From: Octopus vulgaris
Taxonomy: Eukaryota
Reading direction: 5' to 3'
DNA length: 64,000 bases
Assembly: GCA_951406725.2 (NCBI GenBank)
Contig: OX597815.1
Span: 25,854,001-25,918,000, forward strand
Made by a program: the position numbers and the translations under genes. Below are positions 1 through 15,990 of the stretch, piece by piece; positions within the stretch are counted from its first letter, which is position 1, and the number at the start of each line of letters is the position of its first letter. The notes under the pieces are model-generated. The model ran no database searches and was not told the DNA's origin. It worked only from the letters and a program-made list of their open reading frames with translations.

Positions 1-504
1 GTGTATTATTTTATCGACCCCAGAAGCATGAAAGGCGAAGTAGATTATGATAAAGCTTCAACTGGGAACATAGTAGACTGTAATAAAATATCGCATCTTT
101 TTATCTTCTTTTTTTACGCTCTAACGATCCTACTAATACATCGCCCATTCTACCTATATCGATTCTAGCCAATGAAATAGCTAATATGTAGTATCCTCAC
201 CCTGGTAGAAATAGCAGTTAAATCTCCTTCAGATATCACAAACACGTCTTAAGAAAAGAAGGACCACACTGGAAAAGCTAATCCTATATATTCGAAAACA
301 TCACATATCTCTTACAAATTCCAGTGTGAAATAATAAAAGTGATAAAATTAATTCTGAGTTCAAATTCCTCCGAGGTCTACTTCGCCTTTTATGCTTTTG
401 AGGGCGATAAAATAAGTTAAAGTTATAGGATTGATGTAATCGACTAGACCCTCCCCCAATTGCTGGCCTTGTGCCTATAGTAGAAAGAATTGTTGTTGTT
501 GTTG

Positions 505-578
<74 letters not shown>

Positions 579-607
579 GTCAGCCCTTGTGGCCAATAAA
601 CGAATTA

Positions 608-663
<56 letters not shown>

Positions 664-664
<1 letters not shown>

Positions 665-1110
665 TCTTTTTATTTCAGCTTTTGTTGGAACCCCTGGAGT
701 TTTGCATGCGTAGCGGGCTTGCTGCCTGCAGTCTACGGTGCCTAGCTATCTGTTCTTTTCAACTGTCTAATACTTTCCTTATTATTCAGGACGTGCCTAG
801 AAGGCAAACCTTTTGTAACAGTTCTACTGAGCACTCGGTTCCGATTTCTTTTATGTTCCTCTCGATGCCTTCTGATACTGTTCCCAAGAACTTAACAATA
901 ATTGGCACTTCTTCATTTTCCATAGCCGGGCTATTTCGTACTTAAGAGGGTTGTATTTATTTAGTTTCTCGCTTACCTTCTTGACTATTCCTGGGTCAAA
1001 GGAGCACGCAACATCTACTATATAGCATATATATAGCACCTGATCTGTTTGGATTGGGAAATCCCAAAGGATTTTGCTTGTCTCCTATTCTGCCACTCTC
1101 TGCAATTTGT
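664..1110 (-). mobile_element. R4/Dong-clade non-LTR retrotransposon, 3' fragment (restriction-like endonuclease domain + 3' UTR), degenerate
   Basis: The minus strand reads KILWDFPIQTDQ...YIVDVACSFDPGIVKKVSEKLNKYNPLKYEIARLWKM...VPIIVKFLGTV...LLQKVCLLGTS*IIRKVLDS with frameshifts. This is the typical RLE C-terminus of R4/Dong elements. The 3' end abuts (TAA)n at 608-663. Confidence 0.75.
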
Positions 1111-1169
1111 GCTCATACCATGTCTTGCCTCTCTCTAGCCTCCAGTTTTCGCACAGTTTCTAATGTAGC

Positions 1170-1748
1170 ACTTTCACTACCTTATCGTGTGACCACAACT
1201 TGTAATAGTTTTGGACAAGTCTTGGGCATTCGTTCGGGATATGGGCAATGGTTTCGTCTATTATTATTTGAAGACAGGCACATTCCTATCTGGTCAAGCC
1301 CTCATTAATTTCTTCAAATATCTTTTGAAGAGGAAGGTGAGGGTGGAGATGGAGGTGCTGCCTTCTAGTGAATTTATCAAAAGGTGGTCAACAACGGCAA
1401 GACTGGTGAAACTGAATGGATCTACTCTGAATATGCTTTTCTAAGCAGGAGGAAAGATGCTGGAAGAGGGCACTTTCGTATGCCTTGGAGATGACAGAGT
1501 AATCCGGGATTTTTGTGTGTGTGGGGGGTTACCCCGAGTTACCGTAAGTGGACTTACCCACTACTGGAGATTCTATTTATTTGTTTATTTATTTGTTTAT
1601 CTATTTATTTATTTCTCTACTGTTGTATCCTTTAATGTGGTAGTATCTTCCCTTGAATGATGTTAACCCCACATATTTTTGTTTTTGTAATTTTTTGTAA
1701 CTCATCCTTCGATATTGTCCTCCATGTTTATTGTGGCCAATAAAAGAA

Positions 1749-1750
<2 letters not shown>
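1170..1750 (+). mobile_element. Tx1/L1-clade LINE 3' fragment (ORF2 C-terminus + 3' UTR)
   Basis: The peptide FLSGQALINFFKYLLKRKVRVE (stop at 1444) is homologous to the CCHC-bearing fragment at 43485-43947. It ends in tgtggccAATAAAagaaa followed by (TTA)n. Confidence 0.7.
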
Positions 1751-1799
<49 letters not shown>

Positions 1800-1898
1800 T
1801 GTTTGATAAAATAAAGTAGAAGTGAAGGAGTGGGATCAAAATAATTGACCAACCTCCTTTCTGAATTTCTGGCCCTGTGCTTTTGTTAAAAATGACGA

Positions 1899-1959
<61 letters not shown>

Positions 1960-2331
1960 CTTTCCTCCTTTACTTCAATTTCTTTATTTCTCCTCCTCCT
2001 CATCGTCGTCGTCATCAACTCACCATCATTAACATCATCAATGTCATCTTCATTCGTCGTCGTTAACATTGTTGTTGTCATCTCCGCTGTCATCGTTGTG
2101 TCGGTCGTCATTTTCGTCTTCGTCTTCGTCTTCGTCTTCGTCTTCCTCGTTGACGTCACTCCGCTGCTGCCGCCACTGACTTCTAAGCACAAACGTTTGT
2201 CGCCGCCATTTTGCCCGTCGATACATGTAACGATCGCAATGAAATATTTATACTTCGCTTTCTCAGAGGCTATATATGTACAGAATGTAGAAACAGGAAA
2301 AATAGAAGTGAAGATATAAAAAGAACGACTA

Positions 2332-2362
<31 letters not shown>

Positions 2363-2736
2363 GATAAGCAAAAATATAACAAAATATATAATAAAATATA
2401 AAATCACACAAACAAGAGCGAAAAGAAAAAAATCTGTGGTTCATAGTTTCATTCCAATTTTGCTTTCCCCACGTCTTTTACCCAATTAGATTCTATAGTG
2501 TTGAAGATGTTCTGTCTTTTCAATACATTTTACTTCTTTTATGAGCATGTTTTAACATGTTAAAGTTAGTGAAGATGCATCCGATGGATGTTACAAAAAT
2601 ACAAAAGCCATGACGGATTTGCGAAGAAAATTTTCTGGAAGACAATCGAAAATATGAGACAAAAACAGAAAAAATAATTATGTATGTATGTATGTATGTA
2701 TGTATGTATGCATGTGTATATATGCACATATATATG

Positions 2737-2796
<60 letters not shown>

Positions 2797-2957
2797 CACA
2801 CACATACATAGATACATAGATACATAGATACATACATATAAAGATAGATACAGAGATAGACATGATATAAATATAGATATAGAAGAAACAAATAAATCTA
2901 TAAATAATAGTAATAATAGTAACGACAGCAGCAGCGGCAACAACAACAGCAATAACA

Positions 2958-2988
<31 letters not shown>

Positions 2989-3658
2989 CAACAACAACAA
3001 TCTGTACGGCTAGAAAGTTTGATCAAACCCACCAAAAAGCAGCATGTTTTCGCTGAAGTTATCAAAGTTGTGACAACTGTCGACCTCGTTGCTGACCTTT
3101 CTCAGCGTCCTTGAAAGCTAAGAAGTCGATCGGACAGTAACGGAAGTCTTGTGACAACGTCACGGTAACAGACATTCGCACCATCTTGCTTATTTATTTA
3201 TTTACTTTTTGACTTGTAACATTTAATGTAAAAAAAAAAAAAAAATGGGAAAGAAAAGAAGCATATCTGAAGATGATATTTTTTTTTCCCCCCTTTCATA
3301 ATTTCTTTTTATTTATTTCGTTAATAAGCCACTTCTCACAAGAAGAAAGAGGATTCCTGTCTCGCATCAACTTGGTAAAACGAGAATCAATATTTTAGCA
3401 CGGAGAAAAAGGGGGCAAAGGCCTAATGTAGGAAAAGGGCTAAGGAAATCGTAACGTTCGAATAGACAGGGAAAAAGGGATGAATAGAAAGAGGGATAAC
3501 AAAGGAGTAATAAATCGCGAGTAACAGAATTTTAACAATTTTAACTAACAATCAATCACTTTGTCAATCTTCTTGTCTCTCATTATCAATATTTATATAG
3601 GTATTCATGGATATCACTGTCACTTTATTTAGCCAAAATTACATACGCACCCAAAAAT

Positions 3659-4068
3659 GCAGGAGTGGCTGTGTGGTAAATAGCTTGTCTACCAGCCACA
3701 TGGTTCCGGGTTCAGTCCCACTGCATGGCACCTTGGGTAAGTGTCTTCTGCTATAGCCCTGGGCCGACCAAAGCCTTGTGAGTGGATTTGGTAGACGGAA
3801 ACTGAAAGAAGCACGTCGTATATATATATATATATATGCGTGTGTGTGTTTGTGTGTCTGTGTTTGTCCCCTAGCATTGCTTGACAACCGATGCTGGTGT
3901 GTTTATGTCCCCGTTACTTAGTGGTTCGGCTAAACAGACCGATAGAATAAGTACTGGGCTTACAAAGAATAAGTCACGGGGTCGATTTGCTCGACTAAAG
4001 GCGGTGCTCCAGCATGGCCAAAGTCAAATGACTGAAACAACTAAAAGAGTAAAAGAGTAAAGAGTATA
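3659..4068 (+). mobile_element. tRNA-derived SINE family B (CORE-like, internal TA/TG microsatellite)
   Basis: A-box/B-box-like head (tggctgtgtggtaa...gggttcagtccc), ccttgggcaagt CORE-like segment, internal (TA)n(TG)n and (taaaagag)n tail. More than 10 similar copies occur in the window. Confidence 0.85.
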
Positions 4069-5447
4069 CAGGCAGTTAGAAATACACGTAGACACACAGA
4101 CACACACGCATAAACATACAAGCACACACAGACATACTCACAAATATACACACACACGTACACAAGCACACACACACGCACATAATCACACACACGCACA
4201 TAATCACACACACACACACGTGCACAAGTACACAAGTACACGCGCACGAAAAGTATTTCGACTTTAAACGTGCCGTAACTGCCCTGATTCTGGTTTCTGA
4301 GGCTGATGAGAGATGTTCCATGCTTATCTGTTCATACCCTTAATCATTTTCATGTTACACTCCAGCTTTCACTCCATCCATCCATCCCATCCCATCCCAT
4401 CCCATCCATCCATCCATCCATCCATCCATCCATCCATCCATCCATCCATCCATCCATCCATCCATCCACCCATACATACAAACGTACACACGTACTCATA
4501 TATATAAATTGACTTGATAAAAGAAGTGACGTGTGAGAAAAGATGTTTATTTCATTAGTTTACAGCTGTTTCGCAATCTGTGTGAGTTACATAAGCGACA
4601 CATATCTAAATGAATATACATATGAATAAATATATACACCCATATAATTGTACTATAACATAACGAACAGACTACACTTCAGAAAATTTCATGGCAGGTG
4701 AAAATATCAGATTCTGCTATAAATGGCAAATATTTTCATTACACAGTTATAGAGAATAAGTGTATTTGGTTGATTTCACTCTCAACAAATATAAGAGTTA
4801 TCATATATAGAGTGCGTCAACGAAGCAAAGACTGTGGGTGAATACTAATTTTAAAAAAAGAGTATAATAAAGTAAATGCAATAAAATACAAAAACTTAAA
4901 AGATAAAATATGGAAGAATAAGGTTATCATAAAGATTTGCTTTCAAAATATTTGGTTGTCCTTCCCGTAGTAATTAAATGAATATACCATATAATAAAAA
5001 AAATAGATAATAAGATAAACAAATGAATAAACAAACAAATAAATAAAATGAAAAGTATAGAGAAAATGAAGAAAAATAAACCAAAATAAATAAGGGTTTA
5101 AAGATGGGGATAGGAGACCAGGTATGTTACAGATAATGTATATGTTTTAGTAATGGTACTCGGGTGCATTACAAAGTGGCCTAAACTGTTGGAATTTCAT
5201 GCACGGCTCAGTCAGAAGGATTGAAATATCATTCTAAGACCACTGATGATGGCATCAGCAAACACAGATATACACCTCATGAATATATTCAGGCACATTC
5301 ATACACATACATTCATATACACACGCTCACACAAGTACACCAGTTCTTACACAAAATATCTATAACAAAACAGTAATTTCAGAAAATAGTACAAGTTTAT
5401 CATTATATTTAAGTGGTCAAATCAGTTTATATAATTATTTGTGTGTA

Positions 5448-5525
<78 letters not shown>

Positions 5526-7168
5526 ATATCTATCTATCTGTCTATATATATATATATATATATACATATACTTACATATTTATACACAAACACATATAAA
5601 CGATATTTACATACATATATACAACAACTAATAATCTATCAAGCTATCCCACTATCAACCCTAAGAGTTAGGATATAATATGCGTTATTTAAAGTTACTT
5701 ATTGTGTATATGGAAAGGACAAGCTAAAAGTGAGTAATCAGATATAATCAAATAAAATACGAGAAACATAAATTTAGAAGTAAATTAAGGAGGCTACATT
5801 TTTGAGTTAACTAGTAGTGCACTAGTGTTTGCGCTAAAAGGTTTAATTATCAGTATAATATAAGGAGGACAAGTACATTTGTGGACAATACATACACTCA
5901 CACACACACACACACACATAATTTATGAAAAAAAATTACAGATAATTAGTTCATAGATTAAAGATATATACTAAACATATTTACCATTACTGTCTCTGTA
6001 GTAATGCTTAATTTACAATGAAAAGTATCCCAGTCTGGACTAGAATTAGATAAACTAAACAAGCCAGAAGCACAGAAACATAGAAAATTGAAGTTATATT
6101 AATTAGATGGGTCAAATCTACAAAGGCTGACTAGTAATAGTAATATTAAAAGTATTTAAATTAAAACTAATACGTTAACTTCAGCATTGTATAGGAAGGA
6201 CGTATGGTACATGTGTGGACATTATGTTATTACTTCATCTCGTTGGTTAATGAGATTTGATTTACACTTGATTATTTCATAAGTCTTAGATATACACAAA
6301 TTACATATATCGACTAACTTCATATAGTTGTGACTTGCATATAATAGACTAAGCAATTTTCATATGCAGTCTCTTTACCAGCAAACTTCCATAGAAAACT
6401 AACCAAATATATAAAATTGGCTTTCTTCCTATTCCCAAAGCTGCAGGTGTGGTTATAATTTCTGCAATAAAACTTATTCGAGGTAGCCCCAATATATATA
6501 CATTAACATTTCATGTACGGAACATTTATATACAACATTCTTACTGAGACAGTATCCATCAAGTGGATACACAGATCCATTTCTACACTTTTGTTTTTAT
6601 CAAAACAGTTAATGAATACTTCACATATTGTAATTTCTTTTCATACGAACAGGTAATTCTCTTCAACACAGCAAAAGAAGACGAAGTAAACATTTGCAAA
6701 GAGTATGTTTCTCCTTCATAAACCAGGATTATCTAAAACAAATTTGAAACTACGAACCTCACTTTTTGATTATTCTGCAATTTTGCTTTCCTTTAAAGAG
6801 GTACAAATTTTAAACGTTTTAATCATTTAGCCGTTATATTCACTACAGAACTGACTGTCCTAAACCATCCTCTCCCATTGTTCTTCCCTCTTACGCTGCT
6901 GTCTACAACCCTTCCTTAATCCCTGTATATTTATATATTATTTTATCATGTTCGCTACTAATTTGAAGATTCCAGAACGGAACGGCAGATAAATTGATGA
7001 ACCTGAACTTTTCAGCGTCACTCATTATTTAGTTTATTATTCTAACACTGAGTACTTCGTAACCACCTCAGTTTGTTTCTACATCTGTACAATACATACA
7101 TACATGCATACACGGATATATATGTGTGTGCGCGCGCATGCATGTATGTATATATAAATATATATACG

Positions 7169-7277
<109 letters not shown>

Positions 7278-7296
7278 GTGCATATGTGTGCATGTG

Positions 7297-7328
<32 letters not shown>

Positions 7329-7329
7329 A

Positions 7330-7525
7330 ACGCCATGATAGATCGTTAACCACTAGACACATTTTTTCTCTCCTTGTTTCTCTCATTGTTTTTTCTGTGT
7401 CCCTTTCTGTAGAAGAGCGTAGGCTCGAAACGTAAAAGACTCTTTCTATTCCTGAGCGTTATACTAATACATGTTTGTTTTTTACACCACCTATCTTCGT
7501 CTTTTGTTTTTTCGTAAACTCTCCC
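7330..7525 (+). mobile_element. Short PLE-derived unit with minimal hammerhead-like motif (7403-7438)
   Basis: cttt-CTGTAGA-a-gagc-gtag-gctc-GAAA-cg-TA-aaag. It shares the downstream cctgagcgt with the 32097/53559/63727 family and is flanked by CA/TA microsatellites. Confidence 0.55.
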
Positions 7526-7537
7526 TATATATATATA

Positions 7538-7975
7538 TATAATTTACAAGATAAGGGCAAAAGAAAAATTCTAATGCCAAATATGCCGAAAAAAAAGACA
7601 AAACTTTTCAATAACCATTATAATTTATGCGTCTCGAAACAAACCGATAGAAAATTCTAAAAAATTCGTTATTACCGTATTGGTCCAAATTTCGGGGTTA
7701 ATTAATAAGAAATTTTCTCCTCTTCAGCGGCAAATACGCGAGATATAAGTGAAATATTTACTCATACCCATTGAAAAAGCAAACACCAAGTCCTTTGTTT
7801 CGGGACGCATAAATTATAATGGTTATTGAAAAGTTTTGTCTTTTTTTCGGCATATTTGGGATTAGAATTTTTCTTTTGCCCTTATCTTGTAAATTATTTA
7901 TAAATTTAACCTTTAAAGATATTTTTTGATATGCTGGCCATTGATAACATTCTTTTCCCGAAAAATTTTTTATCC
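7538..7975 (-). mobile_element. PLE-derived fold-back unit (~100-bp inverted repeats) with minus-strand hammerhead at 7672-7734
   Basis: 7541-7643 is the near-perfect reverse complement of 7794-7896. Between them the minus strand reads ttgccg-CTGAAGA-gg...cc-GAAA-tttggaccaa-TA-cggtaa. A related fragment lies at 49405-49540. Confidence 0.6.
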
Positions 7976-7984
7976 TATATTAGT

Positions 7985-8056
<72 letters not shown>

Positions 8057-8480
8057 ACACACATATATATATACCGAAACTCCTGACAGTTAACATGGGA
8101 TCCCTTGACGACTATGTAAACTTCATTTGATTAAGGTATCTTTGCCCCGACGAGTAGCTCGTGGTTTACCCTTTGTTTGGGCAATTACTAGTTCTGCTAT
8201 CTATGAAACATATGCAGTCTGGATTTTATCTACTCCATTCCTTAATTTTGGATTTATATATGTATATACATACAACCCCTGCTGCTAACCGTAAACTATA
8301 AAATAACTTATTTCAGTTTATCGAACTTCAAAGTTGATAAAAAAATATTGTTCCTGAAAGTTGTTTTTATATCTTCTACGGACTGCTTGAAGCTTACTGA
8401 CTTCCTACACCTTGATCCTTGGATCTTACCATTACATATTACACACACACATACACACGCACGCACTCATTTGCGTGTGC

Positions 8481-8537
<57 letters not shown>

Positions 8538-9242
8538 AGTGAGTATATATGGCTAATCATCTATTTATCCATCTATCATATTTATCATTTATTATTTGTC
8601 ATATTCCGGTTTAGGAAATTTAAATATAATTACAAAATAAAATTATAAGCAAAACAATACAATAAATAAAATTTAATAAGCATAATCAAAAGAAGAAAAG
8701 AAACGAAATGAAAAATAAAGTGAACTTAATATAAAACAACAGAAGTAGGAATTAACTCCTTACCCCACACCGAACCTTAAGCAAACTCACACAAGAATCT
8801 CTCTACAGAGTTTTGGGAACAGGAGTAAAAGAAAAGAGAACGTAGTATATGGGGAGGGTAGCAAATTTAGCTTTTCCTCATAAAATCACAATAGATGTCT
8901 ACACTAAAGTATCCATGAATTCTTGCAGCCAATACCTCCGAAAATATTACATATGATTAAAGGATTTATGGAGATTAATATGGCTAAACGAGGCCGCCAA
9001 TATGGTCTTAAACTATAAAACTGTATTATGACTGCTGACAGAAACTGTATTCAATAGAGAATATTGTAGGAACACTTGCCATTTAGGCATCCAGGACAAT
9101 TGTTTTTGTCTCAGCGAGAAAGTCATAAAGCATTCTGCAACGCACCACGTGAACGTTACTTCGTTAATCAAAGATAGATAACTTATTTCACGCCACTGAG
9201 CCCCAAACTATTTGTTAAGGACAACTACCTTCAGCGACAGAG

Positions 9243-9273
<31 letters not shown>

Positions 9274-9474
9274 TGTATGTATGTATGTATGTATGTATGT
9301 ATGTATGTGTGTATCTATATATGTATGTATGCATACACATATGTACGTATGCATGTATGGTTAAATGTATGTATGTATAAGCCGTACATACACATATACA
9401 CACACATGTATAAGTATGTAAATATGAAAACATATATATGTATGCATGTATATGTATATACATGCATACATATG

Positions 9475-9533
<59 letters not shown>

Positions 9534-9899
9534 GTTATATAGATATATGTGCATACAAATATACATACATGCATACACATATATATGAATGTTCGTGTAT
9601 AAATGAATATATGTGTGTGTATATGTGTGTATATATATATGTATGACTGTTAGCACGAGTCTTGCGTATGTATGTATCTGCATGTATGTACGTACGATTG
9701 TATGTATAAACATATTTAAACATACAACGTGCATGCACGTATACACACATACATAAGTACATTTACATGCATGCAATTATACATATATATATACACACAC
9801 ATATATACACACACACGCGCACACGCACACACGCACACATATATGTGTGTATGTATATATATTTATATACATATCTATAATTTTATAATACACACACAG

Positions 9900-9930
<31 letters not shown>

Positions 9931-9935
9931 CATAT

Positions 9936-9969
<34 letters not shown>

Positions 9970-10542
9970 AAGCAAGATAGAGAGAGGGAGAAAGAGGAAG
10001 AGACAAAAATAATTCGGAGTGAGCGATAGAAAAGCTTTCTCCGTATCCATAGCATGCTTATCATACGAGCTATATCACAATAGGAGGAGTCTATGCTCAC
10101 CGAACGTTAAAGAATTATATATAGGAGACATTTAAACGTATATCTTTTTATACAAAGAGGATGGTGTACACGCGGTACTGAGTGACATAAACAAAAATAG
10201 CCTTCATCTTTAAAATATTCTAAATGAAATAAAGAGAACGAAAAAAGAATGCGTTATCCATAAAACAAGGTAGATTTTTGTATGATTGGCCATGAAAAAA
10301 TTTGGCAAGGGGTTGAAGCGATGGACATAGCGAAATGTAAATACAGATGTGTATCAGTCTTCATTCTTAAAAGAAAGCGAATTCATGGCAAAAAAAAAAA
10401 AAATGGAAAAAATAATAATAATAAAAACACATAACAATATTTATAAAACAAACAGTGATTGTGTTGGTTTAGAAATCATTGATTTCTTTATAACTCGAAT
10501 TCTCTAGAAACGCGGACACATTCATGTAAGTTATCCTTCATG

Positions 10543-13049
<2,507 letters not shown>

Positions 13050-13055
13050 ATATAT

Positions 13056-13092
<37 letters not shown>

Positions 13093-13106
13093 CATACATA
13101 CATACA

Positions 13107-13138
<32 letters not shown>

Positions 13139-13222
13139 CTGTGAAAACAATAAGGGTAGAAAATTTAGAAAAGTTTTCATACCAGTGGCTAGCATGCGTA
13201 ATGTAGTCTATATATGTATATA

Positions 13223-13385
13223 TAGGCGTAGAAGTGGCTGTGTGGTAAGCAGCTTGCTTACCAACCACATGGTTCGGGTTCAGTCCCACTGCGTGGCACC
13301 TTGGGCAAGTGTCTTCTACTATAGCCTCGGGCCTTCTAAAGCCTTGTGAGTGGATTTGGTAGACGGAAACTGAAAAAAGTCCGTC

Positions 13386-13451
<66 letters not shown>

Positions 13452-13789
13452 TTTACCTTTTCCTTTATCGACCAGGCTATCAGATGTTGCTACACATCGC
13501 TGGTCACAATACGCCTTGCATTGTTTTAGCCTTCAAATGACGCCACCCCGCTGGCTAAGCGAGCAGGCCAACAGAAAAAAGAGTGAGAGAAAGTTGTGGC
13601 GAAAGAGTACTACAGGGATCGTCACCACCCACTGCCGGAGTCTCGTAAACACTCACAATAAACACTCACAAAGCCCGGTCTAGGAAACGAAACCGCGATC
13701 CTACGACCGCAAGTCCGCTGCTCTAACCACTGGGCCATTGCGGCTCCACACAAACGCACACACACACGCACATACACACACACACACAC

Positions 13790-13836
<47 letters not shown>

Positions 13837-14025
13837 TATATATGTATGTGTGCATATGTTTGCGTATCTGTGTTTGTCCCCCCAACATAGCTTGACAACC
13901 GATGCTGGCGTGTTTACGTCCCCGTAACTTTGCGGTTCGGCAAAAGAGACCGATAGAATAAGTACTAGGCTTACAAAGAATAAGTCCTGGGGTCGATCTG
14001 CTCGACTAAAAGCGGTGCTCCAGCC
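13223..14025 (+). mobile_element. SINE B interrupted by SINE C
   Basis: B head at 13223-13388 and B 3' half at ~13855-14025, split at the internal microsatellite. Confidence 0.8.
13449..13750 (-). mobile_element. tRNA-derived SINE family C
   Basis: The minus strand has the tRNA-like head tggcccagtggttag...ggtttcgtttcc. Homologous to 39891-40212, 47177-47307 and 61180-61487. Confidence 0.8.
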
Positions 14026-14604
14026 TAGATTTATGTTACACAACAAAGCATTGCTAAACCATCTTCTCGTTGCTTACCTATTGCGCCTTTATCGCAGTCT
14101 AAACAAAATCACTGACTAAAGAATTGATATCAGCAGCTCTTCTTGCCTTTCATTCACTCGATGATAGTTTGGCGAATGTAAAACAGTCGCTGTTCAGTCT
14201 GAAGTCCAACGATGGTTAGTTTAATGTTTAGTAAGGCTGATGAGACAGTTGATGATCCATTTGATATTAAATGGTATTCAAGTTAAAGTTCAGTTCTAAC
14301 TTTCGGTCAGACTCGATAAATTTTTACAAGGAAAAAAACAAACAAAAAAAAAAAAACAAAAAAAAAACAAAGCAAAAAACAACGCAAAAAAAAAAAACTA
14401 AAACCATGAATCTCAACATATCATCATTTCTCCGACAGTACAAATTCTGTCGCGGTTGACTGTGTCTTTCCTATCAGAAGTCAAAACTGTTTTCTACACT
14501 TGATTCAAACTCAGAACATAGGCGAAAATAAATTCAGAAAGATTTTTAGTACGACGCTCCACCATCTTTATCACTGATCTATGTTCTTCAAACAAAAGGG
14601 CTAA

Positions 14605-15990
14605 TATAGGTTCCAAATTTTGGCACAAGGCCAGCAATATGGGGGTAGGGATAAGTCGATTACATCAACCCCAATATTCAGCTGGTACTTATTTCATGAA
14701 AGACAAAGCTGATCTCAGCGGCGTTTGAACACAGAGCGTAAAGACAAGCGAAATACAGCTGAGCATTTTGCCAAGCTTGCTAACGATTCTGCCAGCTCAC
14801 CGCCTTAACTAAAGTGTTAATATTTATTAAAACGAAGGCAGCGAGCTGGCAGAATCGATAGCACACCGGGCAAAATGCTTAGCGGTATTAATAAATGCCG
14901 CTACGTTCTGAGTTCAAATTCTGCCGAGGTCGACTTTGCCTTTCATCCTTTCGGGATCGATAAATTAAGTACTAGTAATCGACTTAATCCGTTTGTCTGT
15001 CCTTGTTTATCCCCTCTGTGTGTAGCTCCTTGTGGGTAATAAAGAAACAGGTATTTCGCATGCCGCTACGTTCTGAGTTCAAATTCCGCCGAGGTCGACT
15101 TTGCCTTTCATCTATTCCAGGTCGATAAATAAAGTACCAGTTGCGTACTGGGTCGATCTAATCGACTGGCTCCCTACCCCAAAATTTCGGGCCTTGAGCC
15201 TTGAGTAGAAAAGAATATTTACTAAAATGAAAGCAGCGAGCTGGCAGAACCGTTAGGATGCCGGGCGAAATGCTTAGCGGTATTTCGTCTGCCGCTACGT
15301 TCTGAGTTCAAATTCCGCCGAGGTCGACTTTGCCTTTCATCCTTTCGGGGTCGATAAATTAAGTACCAGTTACGCACTGGGGTCGATATAATCAACTTAA
15401 TCCGCTTGTTTGTCCTGTCTGTGTTTAGCCCCTTGTGGGTAGTAAAGAAATAGGTATTTCGCCTGTCTTTATGTTCTGAGTTCAAATTCCGCCGAGGTCG
15501 ACTTTGTCTTTCATCCTTTCGAGGTCGATTAAATAAGTACCACTTACGCACTGGGGTCGATGTAATCGACTTAATCCTCTATGTTTAGCCCCTTGTGGGC
15601 AATAAAAAATAAGAAACGTTAGCACAGCGGGCGAATGCTTAGTGGTATTTCGTCTGCCACTACGTTCTGAGTTCATATTCCGCCGAGGTCAACTTTGCCT
15701 TTCATCCATTCGGGCTCGATAAATAAAATACCGGTTGCATACTGGGGTCGATATAGTCAACTGGCTTCCTCCCCCAACATTTCGGGCCTTGTGCCTGGAG
15801 TAGAAAAGAATATTTACTAAGATGAAGGCAGCAAGCTTGGCAAACAGCCTAGCAGTATTTCACTTCTTTACGTTCTGTGTTCAAACGCCGCCGAAATAAG
15901 TACCAGTTGAGCACTGGAGTCGATGTAACCGATCAACTGCGCCTCAAAACTGCTGGCCTTGTGCCAAAATTTGAAATCAATATTAACTAA
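14605..15990. mobile_element. Cluster of SINE A copies (one minus-strand monomer, then plus-strand dimer, trimer and degenerate monomer)
   Basis: Repeated head gagctggcagaa...gagttcaaattcc and core gactttgcctttcatcctttcggggtcgataaattaagtaccag, which resembles the Nin/Deu-type SINE central domain. Confidence 0.85.

Noticed and set aside
4300-4370. CTGATGAG hammerhead-like start
   Set aside because: No matching GAAA or stems downstream on the same strand.
6300-6790. Possible decayed hAT transposase on the minus strand (WICVST-DG-like word)
   Set aside because: Too short and degenerate to support without a profile search.
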